Of a DNA stretch of 64,000 bases, positions 13,747 through 26,212 are shown one piece after another. How positions within the stretch are numbered: the stretch's first letter is position 1; each line of letters opens with the position of its first letter. This stretch comes from Chiloscyllium plagiosum. Taxonomy: Eukaryota. Below the pieces are notes generated by a model. It saw only the letters and a list, made by a program, of their open reading frames with translations, was not told where the DNA came from and made no database searches. Made by a program: the position numbers and the translations under genes. Location: assembly GCF_004010195.1 (NCBI RefSeq), contig NC_057744.1, forward strand, positions 23,817,401-23,881,400, written 5' to 3'.

Positions 13747-15270
13747 CTGTGATAAAGAGGATTTTGAGACAGGATTAAATTTAGTAATTTTATTTCAGTT
13801 GGTAAAGTAGCAGTTCAGGTTTCGTAAGGGAACCTTTAAAATAAAGCACAGTACCAATTCTGTACCAAAAAACACAGATGTATTAATTTTGAAAAAAAAA
13901 CATGTTAACACTCATCTACATAGCCCAAACTAAATTGTTCCAAAGTGTATTCCATTTAATTCATGTAGTAAACAATATAGATTGTGAATACATTCACAAA
14001 AAAAAAGTCCTTTACAAACTAGGGGAAATAAAGCAACTCTGGAGAGAATTCTGAATGTAAATCCAATTTTGCAACCCCCAGCCAGTTGTTGTGAATCTTT
14101 AAGCCAGAGGCAGATTCGCCTTGAGATTTTACTGATGGACTCAGCACATAACATCCAAATAACCATTTTATCTGAAGCCTGCACCAGCTAACAGCTTAAA
14201 ACAATACTCTAGCTTTTAATGAGGCAAGGACTGCTAACTTTAGCATATGTGCTCTGCAATATAATTTAAATTAGAGCAAGTGATTGCTGGAACCTAATTT
14301 GCACTGAATGGTAACTCATGTTGTAAACTCTAATCTTTTGCTTGCTTTCACCAATGATGTTGAATGAAAGGGGGCTGTGCAGAAACATTGGCCCTGCATG
14401 CATTTTTACAAAATGTATATTGATTAATTCTCTTCCTTTCTCAATAAACTGAAATGCAGACACCACACATTGGTTTCCTCTCGTTGTTGACTGACTGGCA
14501 GAATGTAGAAAGACACTCGTACATCAGTATTTAAGTCTTTTTGCATAGTGCACAAAGATTCACGTTAAATCTGTAGACATTCAAGGGAAGATTCTTGATC
14601 TTTACTCTGTGGATGAACCATGTTCATGTCAGGCGTGCAATCTCAAGCAACCATTGCACATTGATAATCGTAGCACTAAGGATAGTGTGCATCACATAAG
14701 TTCCTTTGGATAGTTAGTGCCAGTAATTCCTCTCAGTTAATCTCTAAATGTTAATCTGCTTTGGCAGTCAAATTGCAGCAATAAAAACAAAACATGTGAA
14801 ACTAGACAATGTTGTGTGATTTAATAATAAGCATTTGGCTTTTTTTTTCATTCAAACTTTTGTTCTGAAACTAACACTGCACACACACATTGCAATAACT
14901 TAAACAAAAGGATGACAAAGCTGTTTAAGTTTTCACAAGCTTCTAACGTACAAATATTTCTTCCAATTTGATAAAATAAAGCCAATTAAACCACTTTGCT
15001 GCAAACTGAAAATGTCCTGGTAAAGATTTATTGTCTGGGACTTAACTTGTCAATATAATCAGGTCTTGCAATTCAGCCTTGTAGTTTTAGGAATGCTTCC
15101 TTTCATTTATTTAAGTAAAGCCAATGATCATCAGTTGCAACTAAAATACTGGAGAACTCAGCAGTGCAATTAGTTTTATTTTTAAGCACAATCTCATTCG
15201 AGTAAATCAACACAAATTATAGCGTACTATATTTTCTGTTCACAATGTGGTCTCCAGATTTCTGGGACAC

Positions 15271-15549
15271 CATAGAACATAGAACATAGAAAAATACAGC
15301 GCAGTACAGGCCCTTCGGCCCTCGATGTTGCGCCGATCCAAGCCCACCTAACCTACACTAGCCCACTATCCTCCATATGCCTATCCAATGCCTGTTTAAA
15401 TGCCCATAAAGAGGGAGAGTCCACCACTGCTACTGGCAGGGCATTCCATGAACTCACGACTCGCTGAGTAAAGAATCTACTCCTAACATCTGTCCTATAC
15501 CTACCACCCCTTAATTTAAAGCTATACCCCCTCGTAATAGCTGACTCCA
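15271..15549 (-). mobile_element. CR1 3' end
   Basis: (CATAGAA)n tail; TRGYSFKL...RFFTQRVVSSWNALP. Confidence 0.93.
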
Positions 15550-15832
15550 AATGCAGACTGGGATCTTTGTAGCAGAATATCTGTATTCATTACCAGTATC
15601 ATATCAATGTATAAGCCTATTCGTAAAAGAAAGCAACAGTACTATTTTATGGTTCTCTCTTTAAGAAACAGCTTGTTTTGAAACTTCTGATTGAACCCAA
15701 ATTACTCTTGGTATGTTTACTTGGGGCTAACTATTATTTTTTTATTCTTTTGGTTCGGATTGAGGAAAGAAAGAAATCTCAAAAATCAGAAAAATTATAA
15801 TTGAACATGTATCAACATTGTTTAACTTTTAT

Positions 15833-15960
15833 TGAGGAGAAAGTGAGGTCTGCAGACGCTGGAGATCAAAGCTGAAACTTTATTGCTGGAACAGCACAGC
15901 AGGTCAGGCAGCATCCAGGGAACAGGAGATTCGACGTTTCGGGCATAAGTCCTTCTTCAG
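15833..15960 (-). mobile_element. PLE terminus with hammerhead motif (15933-15960)
   Basis: Reverse complement CTGAAGA-AGGACTTATGCCC-GAAA-CGTC; one stem II mismatch; truncated by a CR1 3' fragment. Confidence 0.82.
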
Positions 15961-17369
15961 GTGCAGGAGTAGGCCATTCTGCCCTTCGAGCCTGCACCAC
16001 CATTCAATATGATCATGGCTGATCATCCTTAATCAGTATCCTGTTTCTACCTTATCTCCATAACCCTTGATTCCACAATCAATGATAGGGAGGGTTTAGA
16101 AGTATATAGGCCAGATGCTGGCAAATGGCACTAGATTATTTTAGGACATCCGGTTGGCATAGATGAGTAAGACTGAAGGTCTGTTTCCATGCTGTACATC
16201 TCTATGACTCTAACTGAGAATTCTCTTCACAAGAAATCTGCAGATCTGAATTATATGCAGTTGAAATTTTCATGACTGTAATGTCTGGGATATTGTGCAA
16301 TGGATGGCAAACGTATGACATTTTAATCAGTTATTTGAGGTTCCGATCCACCTCATAGTCAAGCACAGAATACGCTCATATGCTTTTTGTTTATAAATCA
16401 CAAGCACTTTGTAATTATCAAATGGTACAACAAATGATGTATAGGATATAACAATACAAGACATAACTCTTCCGATCATGCAGCAAGTAAATGAAATCAG
16501 AGCACCCTGTGACAATTTCAAAACACAGCCCAGTGTTCTAAGAAGTTTATCAAAATTACAGTACTATTAGCCATTATAGTGCCACCAACTCCAGAAGAAA
16601 TATTCAATAAAAAGAAAAGAAAATTTGCAAGGCATCTTAATTCTTTCAATCATACAATGTGTCACAGGTACAGCAACACAAGAAATCAAATGAACAGTAC
16701 ACAATAGGATATAATACCAGACTGCATCCCTTTTTAAAATGATTACAGAGCTGCCAATTTTCAGTCTCTCAAATCAAGTTTTTAAAGTATACAGTTGCTG
16801 GAAGAACATTCCCTAAAATACGTAACTTCCATATTGTCTATTATAATTCTCAGTAGCTTCTGATGAGCAAAAGCAAAAAAAAAGGAAGAATTACTATAAG
16901 TTGGAGGAAAACAGCAAAAGAACAATTATGGGATATTAACTGTATATGGAACAACATAGAAAATTGAAATGACTTGCACTTCAGCAAAGACATTTGAGAA
17001 CAAACATGATTCAAGATTAAATAATGAACAAATAAAAGCAAACAAGAGAAGAGTGTATAATAATGTTATTCAACTTAGGCTGAGCGCAGAGACATAAATG
17101 CACCAAAATTTGTGCCAAGTATATGAAACAGGTTCTAAGATGCTGCAGGCATTTCTAGCTTATATTTCTCAGGATAATCTGTTGAATATTTATTTTGAAA
17201 ATGGGATGGAGAGTCATAACTATAAATATGAGTGGTCAAATGTTGCATACGGCAGAATGGTTTCTAAAATCTGATGGTGCAGGTATTAAATATCACGGGA
17301 ACAGTAAACAACAAATGCATATTTTGGGATCTAAATCAGCTTTTCTCACTCTTTCCTGGATATGGGAAT

Positions 17370-17975
17370 CACTATAAAGGCCAGCATTTATTATCCATCA
17401 CTGCTTGCTGTCAAAGCAAAACTGAACAGTGCAGTCACATTTAGGACAGACAGAAGGTCTGAACTGGGGATGTTTGCTGATGATTGCACCATGTTCAGCA
17501 CTATTTGCGAACTCTGAGATACTACATGGCACAAGTCAGGAGTGTGATGGATTACTCATCAATTGACTGGATGGGCGCAGCTACAACAACACTCAAGAAG
17601 CACCACCTAAGAACAAAGAAGCTTGCTTGATTGATGCCACACCCACAAACATTCACGCCCTCCACCAATGACATTCAATGGTAGCAGTACAAACTACCCA
17701 CTACAGAAATTCACCAAAGATCCTTAGACAGCACATTCCATGACTACTTTCATCTAGAAGGAAAAGGGCAGCAGATACATGGGAACAACACTACCTAGAA
17801 TTTCCCCTCCAAGTCACTCACTATCCTGACTTGGAAATATATTGCTGTTCCTTCACTGTCATTGGGTCAAAATTCTGGAATTTCCTCCCTAATGGGTATT
17901 GTGGATCAACCTACAGCATATGGACTGCAGTGGTTCAAGAAGGCAGCTCACCACGACCTTCTCAAGGGCAAATTG
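17370..17975 (+). mobile_element. L2/Crack-like LINE 3' part
   Basis: MFADDCTMF and the family 3' end. Confidence 0.8.
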
Positions 17976-18119
17976 CAACTTCTACTCCTTTGAGATTCTC
18001 CTGAAATCTCAATGAGTAAATGATGGTAAAACTAAACCCTGCAAAAATTAAAGTGATCGTGCTTTAAATAAAGTAGGAAGTATCTGGATTTGACCTAGGT
18101 CTATACAGAATTAGTTAAC

Positions 18120-18560
18120 GGAGTTCAGGCAGTTATGAACATAGCCATTCAACCTATCGAGTTTATCTGATCATTCAATTATATCACAGCTGATCTTCTA
18201 CCTCTCAGCAATTTTCCTACACCATCTACATATTCCTTAATGTCATTAATCTATAGAATCCTATTGATACATTCTTCAATGATTAAGCTTCCGAAGTTCA
18301 TCAGATTAGAGAATTCCAAAGTTTTACCATCCACTGAACCAAAAGAATTTCTCCTCATTTCTGTCTTAAGTGGCCTATGCTTTATTCTGAGGGCATTTTC
18401 CTTGGTGCTGCAGTCACCAACCATGGGAAATATCATTAACCAACCTGTCACACCATGAAACCTTGTTACAAATTTCAATCAGGTCTCCTCACATTCTTTA
18501 AAACTTTTGAGGACACAGACCCATTTTCCACAGACTCTCCTCATAGGTATACCTGGATCA
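18120..18560 (-). mobile_element. CR1 3' part, old
   Basis: LRIKHRPLKTEMRRNSF motif. Confidence 0.8.
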
Positions 18561-18779
18561 CATGGATTGATCCTGGTTGAAAGGCAACATTTAGTGACAG
18601 TATTTGAAGTTGTCGAGTAAATTGTGGATACAGTCCACTGAGAATGATATTATTTGAAATTTGTCAAATCCTAAACCATTTAATTGAATCTTAGCTTGAA
18701 TTGAGCTCCTAGACAAGCTAATGTCTCCTGAAATATTAAACCTTAAACTAAAATGCAAGTATATTTTAATGAAACTTAC

Positions 18780-19076
18780 CAGGCTGTACCAAAAGTTCAA
18801 TGTTGTTTTCAAATGACTTGTCTTTAGTGAATGCACAGCACGTGTATCTGCCGCTGTGTGAAAAATGTAACTCTGGGATAGTTAAGATCATTTCTCTATT
18901 TTCTATACGATGCTTGAAATCCTGACATTTCAGGTCATCCATCGTTATATAGCAAATCAAATTATCCTCATGTTTCCAGTACATAATAATGTCCTTTTCT
19001 TCACTGCTGAATGGGTAGGCACACTTCAGTACTCCTGGTCTGCCTACTGTAGCATTCTGTTGTATAGGGTGACTAC
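18780..19076 (-). CDS. Internal coding exon encoding one complete Ig V-type domain of an unidentified Ig-superfamily gene
   Basis: Acceptor TTTATTTTCTTTTCAAACAG| and donor CAGCCTG|GTAAGT; 297 nt, phase 1/1, no stops. Translation (G)SHPIQQNATVGRPGVLKCAYPFSSEEKDIIMYWKHEDNLICYITMDDLKCQDFKHRIENREMILTIPELHFSHSGRYTCCAFTKDKSFENNIELLVQP has the B-strand Cys, C-strand Trp, E-strand LxI, SGxYxC and a G-strand. Confidence 0.88.
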
Positions 19077-19193
19077 CTGTTTGAAAAGAAAATAAAGAAC
19101 ATATTCAATAATCAACAAATCAGAACTTCTTTCGAGTTTATTCCTTGTAGGCTATATACATTAGGAAATGCATCAGATACATTTTTTAATCAC

Positions 19194-19393
19194 GTGAAGG
19201 TGTCAGTGTTAGACTGGACTGCACTGGACAAGGTCAGAAGTCAGATAACACCAGATTATAGTCCAACAGGTTGATTTGAAATCATAAGCTCTCGGAGCAT
19301 TGCCCTTTCATCCGGTGAAATGACGAAGGGGAAATGCTCTGCAAACTGGTGATTTCAAATCAACCCGTTGGACTATAATCTGGTGTCATCTGA
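19194..19393. mobile_element. Fold-back element, probably a further PLE-terminus family with decayed hammerhead cores
   Basis: Arms TCAGATAACACCAGATTATAGTCCAACAGGTTGATTTGAAATCA / TGATTTCAAATCAACCCGTTGGACTATAATCTGGTGTCATCTGA; flanking duplicate TTTTTTAAT(C/G)AC. Confidence 0.7.
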
Positions 19394-19812
19394 ATTTTTT
19401 TAATGACATACTTGTACCAAACTAGAAAACTTGGTATGCCCAGATTGAGCATGAAGGACTCTGTTGCCTCTTGTTCAGCATGACTGTCCACACTCTCAAC
19501 ATTTAATTCTGTATCTTCCATAAAGAAAACAGCTCCAATTCTTGCTATGCCTTATCTCTGTTTGGTTTCTTATTAGGAGCTACTAGCTCTAACATCATCA
19601 CGACACTTACACATTTACACCACTATTATGAAGTATCATAAGCACAGTTCCCTAGATTTCTGGAAATGTTCAGGCATCTTGATTTCTCCCCAATGAATGT
19701 TACAGATATTTTTTTAAGCACCGTGTCCCTGATATATTGTAATATATCTCTGGAGCAGGTGGAATTTGAACAGGACTTTTTGGAATCAGAAGTATGGACA
19801 ATACCATTGCAC

Positions 19813-20038
19813 AGCTTAAAAATGTGTTGCTGGAAAAGCGCAGCAGGTCAGGCAGCATCAAAGGAACAGGAGAATCGTCGTTTCGGGTATAAGCCCTTCT
19901 TCAGGAATCTCTGAAGGGCTTATGCCCGAAACATCGATTCTCCTGTTCCTTTGATGCTGCCTGACCTGCTGCGCTTTTCCAGCAATACATTTTTAAGCTC
20001 TGATCTCCAGCATCTGCAGTCCTCACTTTCTCCTAGTT
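19813..20038. mobile_element. Fold-back PLE-terminus insert with hammerhead motif
   Basis: Near-perfect arms of about 85 bp (hairpin 19813-19999); exact 16-bp TSD GACAATACCATTGCAC at 19797-19812 and 20039-20054. Confidence 0.9.
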
Positions 20039-20089
20039 GACAATACCATTGCACCACAATAGTCTTTCAGTGAACATTATAATCACTCT

Positions 20090-20280
20090 GGGGATCAGTT
20101 AGCTCAGTTGGTTTATCTGCAATGCAGAGAGATGCTCACAGCATCAAATCTAATGTTGGCCGAAGTTACTATGATCAGTCTCCTTCTCCACCTCTTACCA
20201 GAGATACAGTGAGCCGCAAATTAAACCTCTCGCAGTCATTTCTCTGAAGAGACAGCAGCCCAAAAGTAACTTTACTTTTA
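20090..20280 (+). mobile_element. Diverged tRNA-derived SINE
   Basis: TTAGCTCAGTTGGTT A-box-like head; (CTTTA)n-like tail. Confidence 0.55.
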
Positions 20281-21108
20281 ATATTTATTCTGTAAGGAAC
20301 ACATTGTGTGGAGCAAAATAGGAAAAGGGATACTGCTTTAAACTGAGGAAACTATGGAAGGAGATATTGTAGTTTTAAAACATGCTACAGGAACTCAATG
20401 TGAGTTGTATTTACACTGTTGCTTTGTTAAAGCAATGGGGGAGATGCTGAAGTACTCATCAGCACATGTGTACATTCAGGGCAGTTTTGCCCAGAGACAG
20501 CCTCTTGATTGGATTTTCCACCAGGGCTAGTTGTGTGGGTTAGTAAGGTTAAGGAGAGTAATAACTCTCTGACTTACTTAGGGGCAGATGGCCAATCTGA
20601 GAAAATAATAGAGTGGCGGAAACTTCCAGACTCTTAAAAAGACAATGTCATCTCTCTTTTTTGCAAGTTAGGAGCAAAGAAAATGAGGCCAGACTGACTG
20701 TAAACATAAAGGGGATCATTAAGATTTTATACAGCCATATAAATAATAAAATATTGGTAAGGGGTGAGGGGTAGGGTTATTTAAAGACAGTAAAGGGGAC
20801 TCACATATGAAGTCAGAGGTATGGCTGAGGCAATAAATTAATACTTTGCATTCGTCTTAACAAAAGAGGAGGATGCTATCCAGGTCATGGTGACATTAGA
20901 AAGGTTCAGAATTAATAATGAAAATGTCTTGGATGGACTGTTGCTTCTTAAAGCTGACAAAGAATTGGGACTGGATGAGATTTGCGGATGACATGAAGAT
21001 GAGTGGTAGGGCAAAGTGTGCAGAGGACTATGAAACTTTGCAAAGGGAAAATTATATTTTAGTTAGTGGGCAAAGGTCTGGCAGATGAAGCACAAGATTT
21101 ATAAATGT

Positions 21109-21987
21109 TGTTATGAAGTTGAAGGCATGTACTGTACCTTTAAGAGAGAGTGCGTGCTGTTCTGAACTGAGAAATTACAAGCAGCTGTATATAAGACCAG
21201 ATGGCAGTCTCAAAGTATACTGGAAATTTGAAAGTATGTAACACTTGGCTGTAAAGTGGATTCCTGAGTCTTGGCTCCTATTTTGACAACAATTCAAATT
21301 TAACCAACCAGTTTAAATTATGCCCCAGGATACTAAAATTTAATTGCGTTTGAATTTATTGGCTTGCCAACATTGACCAATGAGATGGTCTGATGTTAGG
21401 AGTATAAAAATGTGGACATTTTGAAAATTGGAGAGAGAGCAACTGCTATTGACAGAGACCCATGGAATTAGTAAACTCTATCAAAGGTCCCTTTTCACAT
21501 GAGTAAAGTGTGTGGTGCTGGAAAAGCACAGCAGGTCAGGCAGCATCCAAGGAGCAGAAGAATTGACATTTCAGGCATAAGCCCTTAATCAGGAAAGTCC
21601 TCACTTTCTCCTACATTTTCATATGAAACATACTTGCAGTTTGAAGAATGAAGACGACCCAGAGAATTCAGCAGCTGAAAGAGTGAAGTCAGAGAAGATG
21701 ACAGCGGCTGTGTGGTTTTGAAATTAAGTTGATGTAATTTAAATAAGTGTCTTGAACAATAGAGTTGGAGGCAATTAATACACAGTTAAGAGAAAGGGGG
21801 CCTTAAAATTGTGAATATTTGTTGTTTAATGTTCAGTTTTAGAGTTAAAAATAAATTTATATTATTTTCTTTAAATAGTGGAATTTGGGAGTTCTCTGTC
21901 ACTCATATTTTAACAGATTACGAGGTGAGGTGAACTTTTCTGGGTGTTTGGTTTAATTAACAGAAGGGTTCACCACGTGTCATAACA
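21109..21987 (+). repeat. 5' LTR
   Basis: Direct repeat of 26213-26999; starts TGTTATGAAGTTGAAGGC, ends CATAACA; carries an extra PLE-derived insert. Confidence 0.9.
21503..21613 (-). mobile_element. PLE-terminus insert in the 5' LTR only
   Basis: Absent from the 3' LTR; flanked by a duplicated CCTTTTCACATGA / CATTTTCATATGA, present once in the 3' LTR. Confidence 0.85.
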
Positions 21988-23393
21988 GTTTCGGGGCTTG
22001 GGACAGGTTTACACAAATCCAGTCTGAGATTTGGACAGACTTGAACATATTTAGGGTAGGAATGATCCCAGCAGATTTGAACACTTACCAATTAGTGTCT
22101 AAAATCTTTAAGTAAAACTAGGTGAAAAAAATTATTTAATTTCGGTTACTTGTGGTTGTTTAGATTAAAAGAGAGAGAAATAGGTCTTCTGGAGTTTGAA
22201 GATGCTTCTCAAATTTGCCAAGAAAGTTTAGAAAGACAGAGGAAGGACATTTTTTAGAATTAGCAAATAGGTTAGAATTGGGTTTAACCAGAGACAAAAG
22301 GAAAGCTGAAATCGTAATGGAGTTGGTCAAGAGGTTGGTATCAGAGAAACAGACAAGTGCAGTAGAGTTAGAAAAACATATATTACAATTGAAGTAAATG
22401 GAGTTCAAAGATAAAGAAAGGGAGAGAAGAGCCATCTTAGAAGAGAGAAGAGAGAGAGAGGAAAAAGAAAGGGAGAGAAGATTTTTAGCTGAGCAAGATG
22501 AAAGAATTTGAACTTCAGAAGTTGCAAATTAATAAGGAGAGTCAAATTAACAGGATGGACATGATGAGAGAAGGCATTGTAAGAAAAGATGTGGTGAAAG
22601 AAGCTAAGCCAGTGGCATCAGTGAAATGGTGAAAGAAATCACAAGAAAAGTTGAGCTGCAGGAGAGTGCATAGCCTAGGCAGGAGCTGAGCCTCGAGTTA
22701 GTGCCTGACCTCTAGAAAGTCTTCACCTCTGTGAGTAAAGCTTACTCAGGAAGAACGGGGGAGAAGGGAAACAAGTTATAATTTTGAGAGATACGGAATC
22801 TAATCCATTTCTTACTGTTAGAGATTAATGTATTTGCACGCTTTCTGACATTTTACCTGAGAGAGTGTTAATTTGTGGAATAGATGGCCAGAAATTTAGC
22901 CTTCCTCTGTGTAAGATTATGGTGGAGAGCCAACTTAAGGCTGGGGAAGCAACAGGGGAGTGATTGACAGAGTGTCAGTTCCAGGAATACAGTTTGTTCT
23001 TGGGAATGAAAGTGGGAGTGACACACCTTGTTGTGGAGAAGCCAAAGAAAGATCAGGGAACTGAGGAGTTAAAAGAAGAAAATACCCTGAACTCTTCCCA
23101 GACAATGTGGTAATAGGATCCCACTATCATAAATCACAGTAAGAAGCAAAAACTAAAGAGAAAGATGAAGGAGTTGTGGTTCAGTTAGCGGACACCTTGT
23201 TTGAGGAGAAATGGGTGGAAGTGCACCAGATTGTGTTGCTGGGAGTATCCAGACAGGAAGTGTTATGGGTAGCACATGAACTATCTGTAGGAGGTCACCT
23301 AGGTTACAGGAAGACTCAGGTTAAGGTACAAAAGCACTTCTATTGGCCTGGACTGCATAAGGATATGGTTAAATTTTCCCATATGTGTCACAT

Positions 23394-23730
23394 GGCGGCG
23401 CGGTAGCACAGTGGTTAGCACTGCTGCCTCACAGCGCCTGAGACCCGGGTTCAATTCCCGCCTCAGGCGACTGACTGTGTGGAGTTTGCACATTCTCCCA
23501 GTGTCTGCGTGGGTTTCCTCCAGGTGCTCCGGTTTCCTCCCACAGTCCAAAGATGTGCAGGTCAGGTGAATTGGCCATGCTAAATTGCCCGTAGTGTTAG
23601 GTAAGGGATAAATGTAGGGGTATGGGTTAGCGGAATGGGTTAGCGGTATGGGTGGATTGCGCTTCGGCTGGTCGGTGTGGACTTGTTGGGCCGAAGGGCC
23701 TGTTTCCACACTGTAAGTAATCTAATCTAA
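23394..23730 (+). mobile_element. HE1-type V-SINE inserted in the Gypsy integrase
   Basis: tRNA head (CAGTGGTTAGC; GGTTCAATTCC), V-domain GGTTTCCTCCAGGTGCTCCGGTTTCCTCCCAC, CR1-like 3' end, (TAATC)n tail. Confidence 0.92.
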
Positions 23731-26212
23731 TATGTGCAAAATGGCAGGTAAACCCTCCTTAAAACTAAAAGTGGGAACCAGTACTTGTTAACCATAATGG
23801 ATGTGTCTACCAGATTTCCGGAGGCAATTCCATTGCAGACTATCAAGGCAAAATGGGTGGTAGAGGAGTTAGTAGCTTTCTTTTCACGGTATGGGCTACC
23901 CAGAGAGATTCAGTCAGACCAAGCATCTAGTCTCTCTGCTAGGTTGTTTAAGGAAGTCATGGATAGCTTAAGCATACAGCACTTTCAACTAAGTGTGTAC
24001 TATCCTGAATCCCAGGGAGCTTTAGAAAGGTGGCATCAGACCCTGAAGACCATGTTAAGACATTCTGTCAGGATTACCCAAATGATTGCGATAAAGCTAT
24101 CCCACCTATACTGTTTGCCATTAGAGATGGCCCAAATAAATCAACTCAGTTTACTCCCTTTGAGTTAATATTCAAACATGAACTCAGAGGGCTTTTGAAT
24201 AACTAAAGAAAAACTGACAGGACAGAAGTTTGAGACCTCACACTTGGATTATGTATCTGAGGTGAGGAAGAGATTAAATAAGGTAGGTGAGTCAGCTAAA
24301 CAGCACTTGAAGAGGGCACAGCATAGAATGAAGCAGGTGGCAGATAAAAACCCTAAAATTCAGATGTTTTCCCATGGGGATGACACATTAGGATTGTTAA
24401 AAATGGTAGGAGATCCCTTCAAAGCCAGGTTTAGTGATCCCTATCAAATTGAGAAAAAGTTCAGTCAGGTGAAACATCTGGTAAAGATGCCAAACATAAA
24501 AAAGCTGTTTCAGGTATGTCATGTTAGTATGTTGAAACCTTATTATAATAGAGACAGGGAACTGGAAAAATGAGTGTTAGTTATTGCCCTGCAGAGTGAG
24601 GAATCAAATCCAGATGTTGTGGAGTTTGATGTACCTCAAAATATGTTAAATATGAGTAAGTCCTTAAGGAGTGGGATAGGTTAGCGAACTATCTGTCTCA
24701 GGAGCAATGAACTGAGTTGAAAGGTTTCAAATAAGGACATATGCATGAATAAGATGGGGTGTACTAATACTATTGTACATGCGGTGGAAGTAAGGAATGC
24801 TGTTGTGATAAAACAACACCCCTCCAGACTTGATTCATTCAAAGCCACACAGGTTCAGAAGAAAATGGATGTGATGCTCAATGAAGATATCATCGAACGT
24901 GTCAGAGTGAGTGGAGTCCACCAATTGTGTTAGCTCCCAAACCTGATAGTCCAATTTTGTGTGGACTATTGGAATGTCAACACCATAACAAAATGGGACT
25001 CATACCCAATACCAAGATTGGAGGACTGTACAGAGAAAGGTGGACAAGCCACTTACATTACAAAGTTGGACTGACTGCATGGTTGTAGGCAGGTACATTT
25101 ATCAGAGAAAGTGGAAGAAGTTCCTGCGTTTGTAACCACAAGAGGGCTATATCAATTCAAATTGTTGCCCTTTGGAATGAAGAACACATTAGTCACATTC
25201 CAATTATTCATGAACAGAGTTGTGGCTGGATTAACAAATTGAATAGTTTATCTGGATGATGTAGTGATCTTTAGCAAGTCATGGAAAGATCACATGATAC
25301 AGTTGGCAGAGCTCTTTGAACAATTACAAGAAGCAAAACGGATAATAAACTTAAAAAATCAGAACTTGCGAAGGCAGAAGTGACATTCTTGGGACACAAC
25401 ATCGGTCATGGAAGTTTGACCCTGCGGAATGCAAAGACGAAGGCCATCAAGGAATTTCCATGACCAATCTTGAAGATAGAGGTGCGTTGATTTTTGGGAC
25501 TAAGGGGATTCTACCGGAAGTTTATTCCAAACTTCAACAGTCTGGTGACATAGCTAACAGATTTATGAAAGAAGAACACAAATTTCACTGGACAGAGCAA
25601 TGCCAGGAGGCATTTGAGAATTTAAAAGCAGTATTAACCATTGCACCAGTTTTATCTACATTAAACTTTTTGAAACCCTTCAAAGTTGCAATCAATGCTA
25701 TAGTGATATAGGAGTTGGAGCTGTACTGCTACAGGAAGATGATGATGGAATTGAACAGCCAATTGGCTGCTTTTCAAAGAAACTCAACACCCATCGGGAA
25801 AAAGAAATTCTACCACTGAAAAAGAATTATGGACTTTGCCACTGGCCTTGCAACATTTTAACGTTTATGTGATGAACAATGTGTCGGAGACAGTGGTGTA
25901 CACTGACCACAATCCTCTTATATTTTGGAAATATTTAAAGACAAAAATATGAGACTATTTTGTTGGAGTCTTATGTTATAGATTTTTAATTTACAAATTG
26001 TACATGTTGCAGATCATAAGAATGTGATAGCAGATTTAAAGGAAAAAGTATAGATAAGATTGGACAGATTCCAATGTTATATATGAATGCAGAAATTAAT
26101 ATGAAGTTAGATTAATGGCCTGTGTATTTTATTATAATGGAATTAAGAATTAGAAAAAGAAGAAGCCAACTTTTAATTAGGATGGTTCATTTTTTCTGGG
26201 GGAGGGAGGAGA

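Noticed and set aside
16327-17041. Hydrophobic minus-strand ORFs as the transmembrane exon
   Set aside because: Hydrophobicity comes from T-rich intronic sequence; phase-1 readings from the available acceptors hit stops without a good donor.
18780-19076. Rearranging Ig, TCR or IgNAR V segment
   Set aside because: The short Cys spacing recalls VNAR, but the exon encodes its own G strand, ends in a splice donor and has no heptamer/nonamer RSS or FGxG motif.
23394-23470. tRNA gene, or CACAGTG as an RSS heptamer
   Set aside because: It is the tRNA-derived head of an HE1 SINE; no nonamer at 12 or 23 bp.
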